Assembly (NCBI GenBank): GCA_040389605.1
Contig: JAZJZU010000039.1
Span: 1-56,217, forward strand
Direction of reading: 5' to 3'
Length of the DNA: 56,217 bases
From: Gemmatimonadota bacterium
GTDB lineage: Bacteria; Gemmatimonadota; Gemmatimonadetes; Gemmatimonadales; GWC2-71-9
Positions within the stretch are counted from its first letter, which is position 1. Each line of letters begins with the position of its first letter. The notes below the pieces were generated by a model. It was not told the origin of the DNA and ran no database searches. It saw nothing but the letters and a program-made list of their open reading frames with translations. The position numbers were made by a program, and so were the translations under genes. Positions 27,200 to 37,963 of the stretch are shown here, piece after piece.

Positions 27200-28225
27200 A
27201 TGGAGCTCGGAATGATCGGACTGGGCCGCATGGGCGCGAATATGGTTCGCCGCCTGATGCGCTCGGGCCATCGCTGTGTTGTCTACGACGTGAACCCCGA
27301 GGCCGTGAAGCAGCTCGCCGCCGAGGGCGCGGTGCCAGCGTCCTCCCGGGAGGAACTTGTTGCATTGCTCACGGCGCCGCGTGCGGTCTGGATGATGTTG
27401 CCCGCCGCGATCGTGGATGCCGAGATCGACGCGCTCGTGCCACTGCTGGGGCAGGGTGATGCGCTGATCGATGGGGGGAACTCCCACTATCAGGATGGAG
27501 TGCGCCGCGCGAAGGCGCTGGCAGCTCGGGGAATCGACTCCCTCGATGTCGGAACATCCGGTGGCGTGTGGGGGCTCGAGCGCGGCTACTGCCTGATGAT
27601 CGGAGGAGCGGAGGCGGCGGTGAAGCGGCTCGACCCGATCTTTGCCGCACTCGCCCCAGGGCACGCTGCCGCGCCCGCGACACCCGGCCGTACCATCGGG
27701 GACGGCACCGCGGATCAGGGGTATCTCCACTGCGGCGAAGCCGGCGCCGGACACTTCGTGAAGATGGTGCACAACGGAATCGAATACGGACTGATGGCCG
27801 CGTACGCCGAAGGGTTCAACATCCTGCGGCACGCCAACGCAGGATTGCACCAGGGGGCTGCCGACGCCGAGACGACGCCACTTCGCCAGCCCGAGATGTT
27901 CAGCTACACGCTCGACACGGCGGCGATTGCGGAGCTCTGGCGTCGAGGCAGCGTGGTCGGGTCGTGGCTGCTCGACCTCACCGCGCAGGCCCTGCACGGC
28001 GCGCCCGATCTCGCGGGTTTTGCGGGGCGGGTTTCGGACTCGGGCGAGGGACGCTGGACCCTTGAGGCCGCGATTGAAGAGGGCGTCCCGGCGCCCGTCC
28101 TGAGCGCGGCGCTCTTCGCCCGCTTCTCCTCACGGGGCGCCTCCGGATTTGGCGACCAGTTGCTGTCAGCGATGCGATTCCAGTTCGGCGGCCACCACGA
28201 GAAGCCTGCTGGAGAATCGAAATGA
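27200..28225 (+). CDS. gnd: 6-phosphogluconate dehydrogenase, decarboxylating (short Gnd-like form)
   Basis: Internal ATG of track ORF 27131..28225, preceded by [28 protein letters not shown] Rossmann motif. [29 protein letters not shown]. Confidence 0.88.
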   Translation: MELGMIGLGRMGANMVRRLMRSGHRCVVYDVNPEAVKQLAAEGAVPASSREELVALLTAPRAVWMMLPAAIVDAEIDALVPLLGQGDALIDGGNSHYQDGVRRAKALAARGIDSLDVGTSGGVWGLERGYCLMIGGAEAAVKRLDPIFAALAPGHAAAPATPGRTIGDGTADQGYLHCGEAGAGHFVKMVHNGIEYGLMAAYAEGFNILRHANAGLHQGAADAETTPLRQPEMFSYTLDTAAIAELWRRGSVVGSWLLDLTAQALHGAPDLAGFAGRVSDSGEGRWTLEAAIEEGVPAPVLSAALFARFSSRGASGFGDQLLSAMRFQFGGHHEKPAGESK

Positions 28226-29604
28226 GCGACGAGTGTTCCGACGCGCTGGTGTTCTTCGGGGCCAGCGGCGACCTGGCCTACAAGCAGATCTTTCCCGCGC
28301 TCTATCGAATGGTGGGTCACGGACACCTCGACGTACCGGTGGTGGGGGTTGCCCGGTCGGAGTGGAGCGTGGAGGAATTCCGGAGTCGCGCGCGGGCCAG
28401 CATCGCCGAGCATCTTGAGATCAATGAGGATCAGTTCGGTCGACTCGCTGCCCTGATGCAGTACGTGCAGGGGGAATACACCGACGCCGACACCTATCGT
28501 CGGCTTCGAAGCGCACTCGGCGAGAGCAAGCAGCCGCTGTTCTATCTCGCGATCCCGCCGTCGCTCTTCGATGATGTCGCCAATGGCCTGGCCTCGTCGG
28601 GCTGCTCTCCCCGGGGGCGGCTCGTGGTGGAGAAACCCTTCGGGCGAGATCTCGCCTCGGCGAGGGTCCTCAGCGACACCCTGCACGCGCACTTCCGCGA
28701 AGAGGACATCTTCCGGATCGATCACTTCCTCGGGAAGGAGCCGGTCCAGAATCTCCTCTACTTCCGGTTTGCAAACACCTTCCTCGAGCCGCTCTGGAAC
28801 CGCAATTACATCGAGCGCGTCCAGATCACGATGGCGGAATCGTTCGGGGTTGTGGGGCGTGGCAAGTTCTATGAGGAGGCTGGCGCGATCCGCGACGTGG
28901 TCCAGAACCACCTGCTGCAGATCGTGTCACTGCTGGCGATGGAGCCACCAGTGTCACACGGCCCCGACGCCACCCGCGACGCGCAGGTCGAGGCGCTGCG
29001 ATCGGTGCGTGCCCTCACACGGGCCGACGTGATCCGCGGGCAGTTCGAGGGGTACCACGAAGAGCCGGGCGTCGCCACCGACTCGACCGTGGAGACTTTC
29101 GCCGCGGTCCGGCTCTGGCTCGACTCGTGGCGCTGGTCGGGTGTGCCATTCTTCATTCGCACTGGCAAGGTGCTTCCGGTCACAGTGACCGAAGTCGTGG
29201 TGGAGCTCAAGCATCCACCGCAGATCAACCTCGGCGACACACAGCAGGCCACACCGAATCGTTTCCGGTTCCGGCTCAGTCCGGACGTCTCGATTGCCCT
29301 CGAGGCGAGAGCGAAGGTCGCCGGCGAAGAGATGGTTGGCGAGGATGTCGAGTTGCTTGCAACTCGCAGGCCGGGTGCCGGCCCCACGCCCTACGAACGG
29401 CTGCTGTACGAGGCGACGCAGGGCGATCAGACGCTCTTTGCCCGACAGGATATGGTCGAAGAAGAGTGGCGCATCGTCGATGCAGTCCTCGGTGATCGCA
29501 CGCCGGTTCACGCCTACAAGCCGGGGAGCTGGGGACCGAGTGATGCGGTCAACCTGATCGGCGGGGGCAGCTGGCACGACCCGATTCCCGATCAATCGAA
29601 ATGA
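28222..29604 (+). CDS. zwf: Glucose-6-phosphate dehydrogenase
   Basis: 460 aa. [19 protein letters not shown], the signature RIDHFLGKE, and [16 protein letters not shown] overlap with gnd. Confidence 0.93.
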   Translation: MSDECSDALVFFGASGDLAYKQIFPALYRMVGHGHLDVPVVGVARSEWSVEEFRSRARASIAEHLEINEDQFGRLAALMQYVQGEYTDADTYRRLRSALGESKQPLFYLAIPPSLFDDVANGLASSGCSPRGRLVVEKPFGRDLASARVLSDTLHAHFREEDIFRIDHFLGKEPVQNLLYFRFANTFLEPLWNRNYIERVQITMAESFGVVGRGKFYEEAGAIRDVVQNHLLQIVSLLAMEPPVSHGPDATRDAQVEALRSVRALTRADVIRGQFEGYHEEPGVATDSTVETFAAVRLWLDSWRWSGVPFFIRTGKVLPVTVTEVVVELKHPPQINLGDTQQATPNRFRFRLSPDVSIALEARAKVAGEEMVGEDVELLATRRPGAGPTPYERLLYEATQGDQTLFARQDMVEEEWRIVDAVLGDRTPVHAYKPGSWGPSDAVNLIGGGSWHDPIPDQSK

Positions 29605-30323
29605 TGGAAGTCGTTGACGACGCGACCGCGCTGGCACAGCGGGCCACGGCACGATTCGTGTCCTCGGTGCGGCGGGCCACTGCGGAACGCGGCCGGTGCG
29701 TCGTGCTGCTCTCCGGTGGAACGACGCCGCGCGCCACCTATGCACGGCTCGCGAAGCCGGAGATCGCGAGCCAGATCGACTGGTCAAGGCTCCACCTCTG
29801 CTTCGGCGACGAGCGCTGTGTTCCCGTCACCGATCCCCGCAACACCTTCCGGATGGTGCGAGAGGTGCTCACCTCGCACGTGCCGCTGCCCGATGAACAG
29901 CTCTACCGGATCCGGACGGAGCTCACACCAGCCGACGCAGCGCTCGATTATGAGCAGACGCTTCGGGCCCTGCTCGGCACTGACCGTCCCGATCTGGTCT
30001 TCCTGGGGCTCGGCGATGACGGACATACGGCCTCGCTCTTTCCCGGGCACGCGCCGGTCAGGGAGCTGGTGCGCTGGGTGGTCGCAGATGAACTGGCCGA
30101 GCAGTCGATGTGGCGGGTCACGGTCACGCCGCCCCTGCTGAATGCGGCGCGCGAAGTGGTCTTCCTGGTCAGTGGTGCCGGCAAATCATCGGTATTGCAG
30201 AGCGTGCTCCAGCCCCCGCGCGACCCCGACTCGCTGCCGGCGCAAGTGATCCGCCCGACCAACGGCCGACTGGAGTGGATTGTCGACCGGGCGGCCGCGG
30301 GACCGGGAGGGGCTGGCAAGTAG
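29601..30323 (+). CDS. pgl: 6-phosphogluconolactonase
   Basis: 240 aa. [12 protein letters not shown] and [22 protein letters not shown] overlap with zwf. Confidence 0.9.
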   Translation: MMEVVDDATALAQRATARFVSSVRRATAERGRCVVLLSGGTTPRATYARLAKPEIASQIDWSRLHLCFGDERCVPVTDPRNTFRMVREVLTSHVPLPDEQLYRIRTELTPADAALDYEQTLRALLGTDRPDLVFLGLGDDGHTASLFPGHAPVRELVRWVVADELAEQSMWRVTVTPPLLNAAREVVFLVSGAGKSSVLQSVLQPPRDPDSLPAQVIRPTNGRLEWIVDRAAAGPGGAGK

Positions 30324-30376
30324 GCAGCGAAGCGCCGGACTGGCGCCTCCGCTGATATCTCAGTACCGTTAGCGCT

Positions 30377-30760
30377 ATGGCAACCCGGAAGTGGGGCGAT
30401 CTGGCACAGGCGATGACGCGCTCGCTCGCGAGCGTGGCGATCTTCGCGCAGTTGCTGCTGATCATCACCCCGCTCGTGGACGTACACGAGCAGGGGGAAG
30501 CCCAGGTCGCTGCCCTGATCACGCAGGCGCCGACCGGGGGCAGTGCCCTCACCGCGAGCCAGCCGGCCACCCCAGAGCACAACGCCACCACCTGCCCTGC
30601 CTGTATCGCGCAGTCGCTCCACGCCCAATTGGCCTCCGGCGTGCGCCTGCCGCTGGTGGTGGTCGCCGAGAGCGCACCGCTTGATGTCCGTCCGACTCTC
30701 CTCCCGCACCACGACCCACCCCAGGCCCACCAGTCGCGCGCTCCACCTGCCGTTAGCTGA
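30377..30760 (+). CDS. Small membrane-anchored protein with an H-x4-C-P-x-C motif (DUF2946-like), upstream of the RND efflux genes
   Basis: 127 aa. One N-terminal hydrophobic helix SLASVAIFAQLLLIITPLV. PEHNATTCPACIAQSLHAQ. The family assignment is from memory of DUF2946-type proteins and has not been searched. Confidence 0.5.
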   Translation: MATRKWGDLAQAMTRSLASVAIFAQLLLIITPLVDVHEQGEAQVAALITQAPTGGSALTASQPATPEHNATTCPACIAQSLHAQLASGVRLPLVVVAESAPLDVRPTLLPHHDPPQAHQSRAPPAVS

Positions 30761-30823
30761 CGCGTAGTCGGTTGTCGAGTCGCGCCCGTCCGGGACGACT
30801 CGCGTCTCTTACGGCAGGCAGGT

Positions 30824-32164
30824 ATGAAATATTTTCTCAGCGCAACTGCGCTGGTCCTTGGAGCCAGCGTGGCTTCGGGTCAGCAGCCGGCTCCGGTGGC
30901 GACCACCGTCGTGGGACCGGAGTGTGGCACCCCTACCCCCGTGACCATTCGCGGCGACTCGGTGTGTATCTCGCGTTCCGCCGCCATCGCCAGCGCGCTG
31001 GCCGCCAACCCGCAGCTGCAGGTCGCCGGCGCCGTGGCCCAGCAGGCTCGCGCAGCGCGAGTGCAGGGCGTGGCGCTCCCCGATCCGGTCGCGAGCGCCG
31101 AGTGGGGCGGCTCGCGAGCGCCGTTCGGCTACGGCGCGGGTGGGGCCGACTCCCGGACCTATGGGGCCCTGATCACCATTCCGTTCATCGACAAGTTCCG
31201 GCTGAACGGGCGCATCGGCACAGCGGGGATCCGGCAGAGTGAAGCCGATTCGATCGCGGTGCAACAAGCCGTCGCGTCGGCGACCTCGCAGGCCTACGAT
31301 CAGTTGCTGTCCGCCTTGCGTCGGCACGCGAACCTGCAGCTCGCGGATTCCCTCGCGGCGGACTTCCTGCGGAAGACCCAGGCACGGTTCGATGCCGGAA
31401 CCGTGGCGCGCCTCGATGTCGTGAATGCCCAGGTTGTGGTTGCGCAGACGCAGAACGATTTCATCGACAACGAACGCGAAATCGCGAATGCACGGGCGGG
31501 ACTGAACCGCCTGCTCGGGCGTCCGCTCGGCGCTCCATTGAGCACTGCCGATACGCTGGCCGTTCCAGGCGACCTGCCCGGGCTGAACGACCTGGAGGCC
31601 GCAGCGCTTCAGCGCCGCCCCGAGTTGCTCTCGCTCGAGCAGCAGCAGCGCGGTGCCCACGCCGCCACGTCGCTGGCACGCGAATACTGGCTCCCCGACC
31701 TGACGATCGGCCTCAGCCGTGACTACCTCGCAGACCCCACGCCGGGCTACCTCACGACCGGACTCTCATTTCCGATTCCGATCCTGTTCCGCAATCACGC
31801 CAGGGGTGAAATCGCCCAGGGTCGATATCGCGAGGAGGAGCTCGCCGCGAGCTATCGCGACCTTCGCGCCGCGGTGAGCCAGGACGTGCGCGTGGCATAC
31901 GCCACGGCGATCTCCGCGCTTCGGCAGGCGCGGTTCATTCGCGATGCCCTCCTTCCCGCCACGCAGCAGGCGTATCGCATCGCTGCCGCGAGCTACGCGC
32001 TGGGTGGCCTCTCGGCCCTCGAGGTCAACGCTGCGCGGGCTGCGCTGGTCGATGCCGAGAGCCAGTACACCGATGCCCTGGCGGCCGCGAACAGCGCCCG
32101 GGCGGAACTTGAGCGAGCCGTGTCCGCGCCGCTCGCGACGTTTGCAACGGGAGTCTCACAATGA
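30824..32164 (+). CDS. TolC-family outer-membrane efflux factor (CzcC/CusC-like)
   Basis: 446 aa. Signal peptide MKYFLSATALVLGASVASGQ. Two-fold internal repeat of coiled regions with patterns typical of outer-membrane factors (QAYDQLLSA..., NSARAELERA). First gene of a C-B-A triplet. Confidence 0.85.
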   Translation: MKYFLSATALVLGASVASGQQPAPVATTVVGPECGTPTPVTIRGDSVCISRSAAIASALAANPQLQVAGAVAQQARAARVQGVALPDPVASAEWGGSRAPFGYGAGGADSRTYGALITIPFIDKFRLNGRIGTAGIRQSEADSIAVQQAVASATSQAYDQLLSALRRHANLQLADSLAADFLRKTQARFDAGTVARLDVVNAQVVVAQTQNDFIDNEREIANARAGLNRLLGRPLGAPLSTADTLAVPGDLPGLNDLEAAALQRRPELLSLEQQQRGAHAATSLAREYWLPDLTIGLSRDYLADPTPGYLTTGLSFPIPILFRNHARGEIAQGRYREEELAASYRDLRAAVSQDVRVAYATAISALRQARFIRDALLPATQQAYRIAAASYALGGLSALEVNAARAALVDAESQYTDALAAANSARAELERAVSAPLATFATGVSQ

Positions 32165-33309
32165 CCAGCAGCTCCAGTCGTCACCCTCGCGGCCTGTTTG
32201 TCGCGCTGGCCATTCTGCTCGCGGCCTGCGGACCTCGGCCCGACTCCGATGCCGCAGCCGCGCCTGCCAGCGACAGTGTCGCGAGCATCACGGCGGCGCA
32301 GCGGGCGCAGATCCTGACGGTCCCGGTGGAAGCGAAGGCGTTCTCGCCAACGATTCTCACGACCGGCACCGTGGATTTCAACGGCGACAAATCAACACAG
32401 GTGATCGCCGCCATCTCGGGGCCGGTTTCGCGAATCCTGGTGAACCCGGGCGATGAGGTGCGCGCGGGACAGACTCTCGCCACTGTCGCGTCGCCCGACT
32501 TCGCCACCAGTGTGGCCGACTACCGCAAGGCCGAATCGAACCTGCGCAATGCGCAGCGGATCGCCGCACTCGACGAAAAACTCTACGCCAACGACGCGCT
32601 GGCACGCGCGGAACTCGACCAGGCCCGAAGCGACCTGTCGGCCGCCGAAGCTGATCGGGATGCTGCGCTGCAGCAGCTCGAATCACTGGGCGTCGATGCC
32701 CAGGCCATCGAGGCGCTCCGGCAGGGCAAGCCCGTGCCCGGGACGCTCTCCAGCATTCGCGCCCCGATTCCCGGGACGGTGGTCGAGAAGCTGATCAGCC
32801 CGGGACAACTCCTGCAGGCCGGCGCGACGCCTGCCTTTACCATTGCGGACCTCTCGACCGTCTGGGTAATGGGCCACGTCTTTGCCGGTGAGGCCGCCTC
32901 CGTGTTCAAGGGCGAGCCCGTCCTGGTGTTCATCGAGGGGCTGCCGGACTCGTTCCCCGGCAAGATCGATTACGTGGGCGCACTGGTCGATCCAGACAGC
33001 AAGGCGCTCGCAGTCCGGATCCTGGTGCCGAACCGTGCGCACCACCTCAAGCAGAACATGCTTGTGCGCGTGGAAATTCACGGCTCGCGAGCGCGCGACG
33101 GCATCGTGATTCCGGTGGCCGCCGTGCTGCGCGATGACGACAACCTTCCCTTCGTCTATGTCGATGCCGGGAATGATCGCTTCGACCGCCGGCGGATTGC
33201 GCTCGGCGGCCGGACCGGGGATGTCTACGAGGTCACCAGCGGGCTGAAGGTCGGTGAGCACGTGGTCGTGCAGGGCGCGCTCTTCCTGCAGGAAACCACC
33301 TCCCAATGA
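32161..33309 (+). CDS. Efflux RND periplasmic adaptor (membrane fusion protein, CzcB/CusB-like)
   Basis: 382 aa. Lipoprotein-like N-terminus LAILLAACG. Hairpin/lipoyl-like core (VRAGQTLATVASPDF...IRAPIPGTVVEK). ATGA overlap on both sides. Confidence 0.88.
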   Translation: MTSSSSRHPRGLFVALAILLAACGPRPDSDAAAAPASDSVASITAAQRAQILTVPVEAKAFSPTILTTGTVDFNGDKSTQVIAAISGPVSRILVNPGDEVRAGQTLATVASPDFATSVADYRKAESNLRNAQRIAALDEKLYANDALARAELDQARSDLSAAEADRDAALQQLESLGVDAQAIEALRQGKPVPGTLSSIRAPIPGTVVEKLISPGQLLQAGATPAFTIADLSTVWVMGHVFAGEAASVFKGEPVLVFIEGLPDSFPGKIDYVGALVDPDSKALAVRILVPNRAHHLKQNMLVRVEIHGSRARDGIVIPVAAVLRDDDNLPFVYVDAGNDRFDRRRIALGGRTGDVYEVTSGLKVGEHVVVQGALFLQETTSQ

Positions 33310-36300
33310 GCGAATCACACGAGGGCCTCGACGGCGACGAGCCAGAAGTCAGCACCACCCGGCGCTCTGCCATCCACGGAATTGTCAGCACGGCGCTCGC
33401 GCAACCGCTGCTCGTATTGCTGGCGAGCGTGGCACTGACCGCAGCGGGAATCTGGTCATTCTCCCGTCTCCCCATCGACGCCTATCCCGACCTCTCGCCC
33501 CCGCGCGTGGGCATCACCACGCAATGGCCAGGCGAGGCCGCGGAAGAGGTCGAGCGACAGATCACCGTGCCGATCGAGACGGAACTCAATGGCACGCCAG
33601 GGGTCCACGTGCTTCGCTCGGTGTCGTTCTTCGGACTGTCGTCGATTGACCTGACCTTCGACGACGGGGTGGATCCCTATTTTGCGCGACAGCAGGTGTT
33701 TGAACGGCTGGCCGACGTGGGACTGCCAGATGGTGTGAGTGCTGGAGTGGAACCGCTCTTCTCTCCCTCCGGCCTGATCTATCGGTACGTCCTCGAGAGC
33801 CCCGATCGCAGTCCGATGGAGCTGAAGACGCTCAACGACTGGGTCCTCGCGAAGGCCTACAAGTCGGTCAAGGGCGTGGCCGATATGTCGGGGTTCGGCG
33901 GGCCCACGATGGAATACCACGTAGTGATCGATCCGACGCGCCTGGCCGGTGCGGGCCTGGGTGTGTCCGACGTGGTCGATGCATTGTCGAACAACAACGG
34001 CAATGCCGGCGGCGGCTTCTACTCCGAGGGAGGCCAGTTCTACTACGTCCGGGGCCTGGGTCGTCTGCAGACCCCTGAAGACATCGAGAACGTGGTTCTC
34101 GGCGTTCGCGGTGGTGCGCCGATCCTGGTGCGCAATGTGGGGCGCGTCGAGATCGGTCACGCCCCGCGCACCGGGCTGTTCGGCTTCAATGAGAACGATG
34201 ACGCCGTCGAGGGCGTGATCCTGATGCAGACGGGTGAGCAGGCGCAGACCGTGCTCAAGGGCGTCCAGCGGAAGACCGCGGAACTGAACGCCTCGGTGCT
34301 GCCCAAGGATGTCCGCATCCGGCCCTATTACGACCGCAGCAACCTGATCGAGCTCACGACGCGGACGGTGGAGGAGAACCTCGGGCGCGGGATCCTCCTG
34401 GTGATCGCCGTACTGATCATCTTCCTCTTCGACATCCGCTCGGGGCTGATCGTCGCGGCCACAATTCCGCTGGCGTTGCTCTTTGCCTTCGTCTGCCTCG
34501 ACCTCAAACATATCCCGGCGAACCTGCTCTCCATCGGCGCGATTGACTTCGGGATCCTGGTCGATGGGGCGGTGGTGATGGTCGAGAACATTCATCGCTC
34601 GCTCGCCCGCCGCCACGGGACGACCTATTCCATTCGCAAGGTGATCGTCGAGGCTGCGGCCGAAGTCGATCGGCCGATCGTCTATGCCGTGGCCATCATC
34701 GTGGCGGGATTCCTGCCGATCTACGTCCTCGCCGGTCCATCGGGGCGGCTCTTCAAGCCGATGGCCGATACCACCATCTTCGCGCTGATCGGCTCGCTGA
34801 TCCTCGCGCTGACCGTGCTTCCGGTGCTCTGCTCCATCGTATTGCGGAAGGGCGTGATCGAACGCCGCAACAAGCCGTTCGAGTGGATTCGCGAACGCTA
34901 TGTCCGCGGTCTCGACTGGTGCCTCGCGCGACCGCGTGTCACCGTGGGATCGTCGGTGGCGATCTTTGCGGCGGCACTGCTCCTCGCCACTCGCCTGGGG
35001 GCGGAGTTCATGCCTCACCTCGATGAGGGCGCCCTCTGGGTCCGCGCCACGATGCCGGCGACGATCTCCCTCGATGAATCGGCCCGGCTCGTGCCGAAGA
35101 TCCGCGCCATCCTGCGCGGCTTTCCCGAGGTCACCGACGTGGCCTCCGAACACGGCCGGCCCGACGACGGCAGCGACGCCACCGGGTTCTTCAACGCCGA
35201 GTTCTTTGTGGCCCTCAAGCCGTACTCGGAATGGAAAGGACCGTATCGCGACCGGACCGGGCTGATCGAGGCCGTCAACAAGCAGTTGATCCAGTTTCCC
35301 GGCGTCGAGTTCAATTACACCCAGCCAGCCGAAGATGCAGTGGACGAAGCGGCAACCGGGCTGAAGAGCTCCCTGGCCGTGAAGGTGTTCGGCAGCGACC
35401 TGAAGCTGCTGGAGGCCAAGGGAATCGAGATCGAGAAGGTGCTCAGCCAGGTCAAGGGCATCAGCCGCATCACGCAGGTGCACGAACTCGGGCAGCCCAG
35501 CCTGAACCTGACGATCAATCGTGCCAAGATCGCGCAGTACGGCATCAACACCAGCGATGTCAACACGGTGATTGCGGCGGCGGTTGGCGGCGCCACGGCG
35601 ACCCAGGTGGTTCAGGGTGAGCGCGTGTTTGACCTGGTCGTGCGACTCGAGCCCGGCTCACGCCAGACGCCGGAGCAGATCGGCGCCATCCTGATGTCGA
35701 CCCCCGCCGGCCAGCAGGTGCCGCTGCGCGAGCTGGCCGACATCCAGGTCTCCAGCGGCGCGTCGTACATCTACCGCGAGAACAACTCGCGCTATATCGG
35801 GATCCAGTTTGCCGTGGTCGGACGCGACCTCGCCGGTGCGGTCCAGGATGCCCAGCGACAGGTTGCGGCGAAGGTCTCGCTGCCGACGGGCTATCACGCG
35901 GACTGGGGTGGCGAATACGAGGACTACACCGCCTCACGCGGGCAGCTCGCGGTGGTCCTCCCGCTGACGATCGTCCTGATCTTTGTGCTGCTCTTTGCGC
36001 TCTACCGGAACTTCACCTTCCCGGTGATCACCGTGGTCGGAGTCGTGCTCTCCGCCCCAGTCGGCGGGCTGCTGGCCCTCGCAGTCACCGGCACGCCGCT
36101 GTCGGTTTCCTCGGGCATCGGCTTCCTGGCGCTGTTCGGCGTTTCGGTCCAGACCGCCGTGGTCTACATCTCCTATGTCAACGAGCTCCGGCTCCAGGGA
36201 AAGTCCGTTGCCGATGCCGTACGGGAGGCCGCTTCCGCGCGACTCCGGCCCATCATGATGACCGCGCTGGTCGCGGCGTTCGGGTTGTTGCCAGCGGCAA

Positions 36301-36446
36301 TGTCGAGTGGAGTGGGATCCGACTCCCAGAAGCCATTCGCGCTGGTGATCGTCGGAGGGCTGTTCTCGCGATTGCTCATCTCGGTCTTCCTGATGCCGGT
36401 GCTCTATATGCGCACGGCCCGGATTGGCGATCGCCTGGAGGTGTAG
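33306..36446 (+). CDS. CusA/CzcA-family heavy-metal efflux RND permease
   Basis: 1046 aa. N-terminus IDAYPDLSPPRVGITTQWPGEAAEEVERQITVPIE is typical of the HME-RND family. 12-TM architecture with two large periplasmic loops. Metal specificity not determined. Confidence 0.92.
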   Translation: MSESHEGLDGDEPEVSTTRRSAIHGIVSTALAQPLLVLLASVALTAAGIWSFSRLPIDAYPDLSPPRVGITTQWPGEAAEEVERQITVPIETELNGTPGVHVLRSVSFFGLSSIDLTFDDGVDPYFARQQVFERLADVGLPDGVSAGVEPLFSPSGLIYRYVLESPDRSPMELKTLNDWVLAKAYKSVKGVADMSGFGGPTMEYHVVIDPTRLAGAGLGVSDVVDALSNNNGNAGGGFYSEGGQFYYVRGLGRLQTPEDIENVVLGVRGGAPILVRNVGRVEIGHAPRTGLFGFNENDDAVEGVILMQTGEQAQTVLKGVQRKTAELNASVLPKDVRIRPYYDRSNLIELTTRTVEENLGRGILLVIAVLIIFLFDIRSGLIVAATIPLALLFAFVCLDLKHIPANLLSIGAIDFGILVDGAVVMVENIHRSLARRHGTTYSIRKVIVEAAAEVDRPIVYAVAIIVAGFLPIYVLAGPSGRLFKPMADTTIFALIGSLILALTVLPVLCSIVLRKGVIERRNKPFEWIRERYVRGLDWCLARPRVTVGSSVAIFAAALLLATRLGAEFMPHLDEGALWVRATMPATISLDESARLVPKIRAILRGFPEVTDVASEHGRPDDGSDATGFFNAEFFVALKPYSEWKGPYRDRTGLIEAVNKQLIQFPGVEFNYTQPAEDAVDEAATGLKSSLAVKVFGSDLKLLEAKGIEIEKVLSQVKGISRITQVHELGQPSLNLTINRAKIAQYGINTSDVNTVIAAAVGGATATQVVQGERVFDLVVRLEPGSRQTPEQIGAILMSTPAGQQVPLRELADIQVSSGASYIYRENNSRYIGIQFAVVGRDLAGAVQDAQRQVAAKVSLPTGYHADWGGEYEDYTASRGQLAVVLPLTIVLIFVLLFALYRNFTFPVITVVGVVLSAPVGGLLALAVTGTPLSVSSGIGFLALFGVSVQTAVVYISYVNELRLQGKSVADAVREAASARLRPIMMTALVAAFGLLPAAMSSGVGSDSQKPFALVIVGGLFSRLLISVFLMPVLYMRTARIGDRLEV

Positions 36447-36452
36447 CGCGCC

Positions 36453-36821
36453 TCAGCCGCCCGCTCGCTTCACGCGCATTCCGCGTGAAGCGAGCTCGGC
36501 AATCACGATGTCGCGGTGGTCGCCCTGGATCTCGATCACGCCGTCCTTCACCGTGCCGCCGGAACCACAGCGCTTCTTGAGCTGGGTGGCCAGCGCCTCG
36601 AGCTCGGCCCGCGCAAGGAGAACGCCCCGCACGAGCGTGACGCCCTTGCCCTTGCGACCACTGGTCTCACGACTCACGCGAACGATCCCGTCGCCTGCGG
36701 GTATCACGGGTGAGGTCTTGCAGCGACAGCAGCCGAGTTGTTCGCGACACTCCGGACAGGTGCGGCCGAGTTCGGTGGAATAGACCAGTCCGCCGCGGGG
36801 TGGTCGAGGTCGCGAAGGCAT
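36453..36821 (-). CDS. yciH: Translation initiation factor SUI1/eIF1-like protein
   Basis: 122 aa. LVYSTELGR...GDGIVRVSRETSGRKGKGVTLVRGV...LATQLKKRCGSGGTVKDGVIEIQGDHR matches the YciH/SUI1 pattern. Convergent with the RND permease, with only 6 nt between the stops. Confidence 0.85.
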   Translation of the reverse strand: MPSRPRPPRGGLVYSTELGRTCPECREQLGCCRCKTSPVIPAGDGIVRVSRETSGRKGKGVTLVRGVLLARAELEALATQLKKRCGSGGTVKDGVIEIQGDHRDIVIAELASRGMRVKRAGG

Positions 36822-36878
36822 TCGAGGCTCTCAGTAGGTCAAGGTGGCTGCAATTGTCCTGGCGCGGTTGGTCTGTCG

Positions 36879-37178
36879 TCAGCGGCGGCGGAGAAAGCCC
36901 CACACCGCCAGCACCACGCCGGCGAGGGATATCGCCACCGCAACCAGTGCCATCCGCCGGGTGCGTTCCATCGTGGCAAAAGACTCCTCATCGAGATAGA
37001 GTCTCCCGAGCGGGTCCTCGCGCAACACGCCGCGGGTGCGCAATCTGGCCAGCGCCGCGATGTCGAATCCCAACTCGGATGGGGCCCGTGCCGTGGACGG
37101 CGTGAGCGCACCCACGCCGCGAAACGCTGCGGCGACGGTGCGCTCGCGGAAGGCAATCAGGTCGATGAAATCACCCAT
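36879..37178 (-). CDS. Hypothetical protein with a C-terminal transmembrane helix (about 99 aa)
   Basis: Internal ATG (MGDFIDLIAFRERTVAAAF...) of track ORF 36879..37316. The upstream part of that ORF is Arg/Cys/Pro-rich and looks like noise. C-terminus MALVAVAISLAGVVLAVWGFLRRR. Confidence 0.45.
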   Translation of the reverse strand: MGDFIDLIAFRERTVAAAFRGVGALTPSTARAPSELGFDIAALARLRTRGVLREDPLGRLYLDEESFATMERTRRMALVAVAISLAGVVLAVWGFLRRR

Positions 37179-37236
37179 CAGCGCGCCTCGCGGGAACCGG
37201 GACCTGCTGAAGGGTACCGCGCGGTTCGCGCCCGGG

Positions 37237-37449
37237 CTATGGCTCCTGGGCGAGCGAGTCGCGCAACGCGTTGTGCGCAACGGCGGTATCGCCCGCCCGC
37301 ATCGCACCGCGCACACCGCCGGCGCCCGGCAGTCGTGATTGCCCGATGACCGAATCGCGTTGCCGTTCCGTCACCGCAGCCCGCGGCGGGGCTTTCGCAC
37401 AACCCGTCGCGGCGAGAATAACCAGCAGGCCCAACTTCCAGTGCCTCAT
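37237..37449 (-). CDS. Small putative lipoprotein (70 aa)
   Basis: MRHWKLGLLVILAATGC is a signal peptide plus lipobox-like LAATG|C. ATGA overlap with the GNAT stop. Confidence 0.5.
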   Translation of the reverse strand: MRHWKLGLLVILAATGCAKAPPRAAVTERQRDSVIGQSRLPGAGGVRGAMRAGDTAVAHNALRDSLAQEP

Positions 37450-37961
37450 TCGACCGCTCCTCCCTTCTCATCGCCGTGGCTGCGGTGCGCGAGCGCCATC
37501 AGCGCGTCACCCGTCAGCCGGAATGTGGTCCAGTCATCCATCGGTTCCGCACCCAGCGCACGGTAGAAACCGATGGCGTCGCTGTTCCAATCGAGCACTG
37601 ACCACTCGAACCGGCCGCAGCGGCGTTCCACGGCAAGCGCCGCGAGCCGGGCGAGGAGGCGCGTTCCAATGCCGAGCCCTCGATACGCCGGGAATACAAA
37701 GAGATCCTCGAGGTAGAGCCCGCGGCGTCCCAGAAAAGTCGAGTAGTTGTGGAAGAAGAGCGCAAACCCCGCCGCCACACCATCGACCTCGGCAATCAGC
37801 ACCTCCGCCTGAGGCCGGTCGCCAAAGAGCGACTCTCGTACCTGAGTCTCGGTCGCGACCACCGCGTCGGCCAGCCGTTCATACTCGGCGAGGCCCTTGA
37901 TCAGCGTCAGGATCAACGGCGTGTCGCCTGGGACGGCCTCCCGTATGCAGATGCGCGGCAT
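37446..37961 (-). CDS. GNAT-family N-acetyltransferase
   Basis: Internal ATG (MPRICIREAVPGDTPLILTLIKGLAEYE...) of track ORF 37446..38393, 171 aa. Acetyl-CoA motif A: FVFPAYRGLGIGTRLLARL. GFYRALGA. Confidence 0.85.
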   Translation of the reverse strand: MPRICIREAVPGDTPLILTLIKGLAEYERLADAVVATETQVRESLFGDRPQAEVLIAEVDGVAAGFALFFHNYSTFLGRRGLYLEDLFVFPAYRGLGIGTRLLARLAALAVERRCGRFEWSVLDWNSDAIGFYRALGAEPMDDWTTFRLTGDALMALAHRSHGDEKGGAVE

Positions 37962-37963
37962 TG

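Noticed and set aside
33456-35483. 675-aa minus-strand ORF
   Set aside because: It is antisense to the CusA/CzcA-type RND permease. It has no hydrophobic or catalytic pattern of its own, so it is a GC-artefact ORF.
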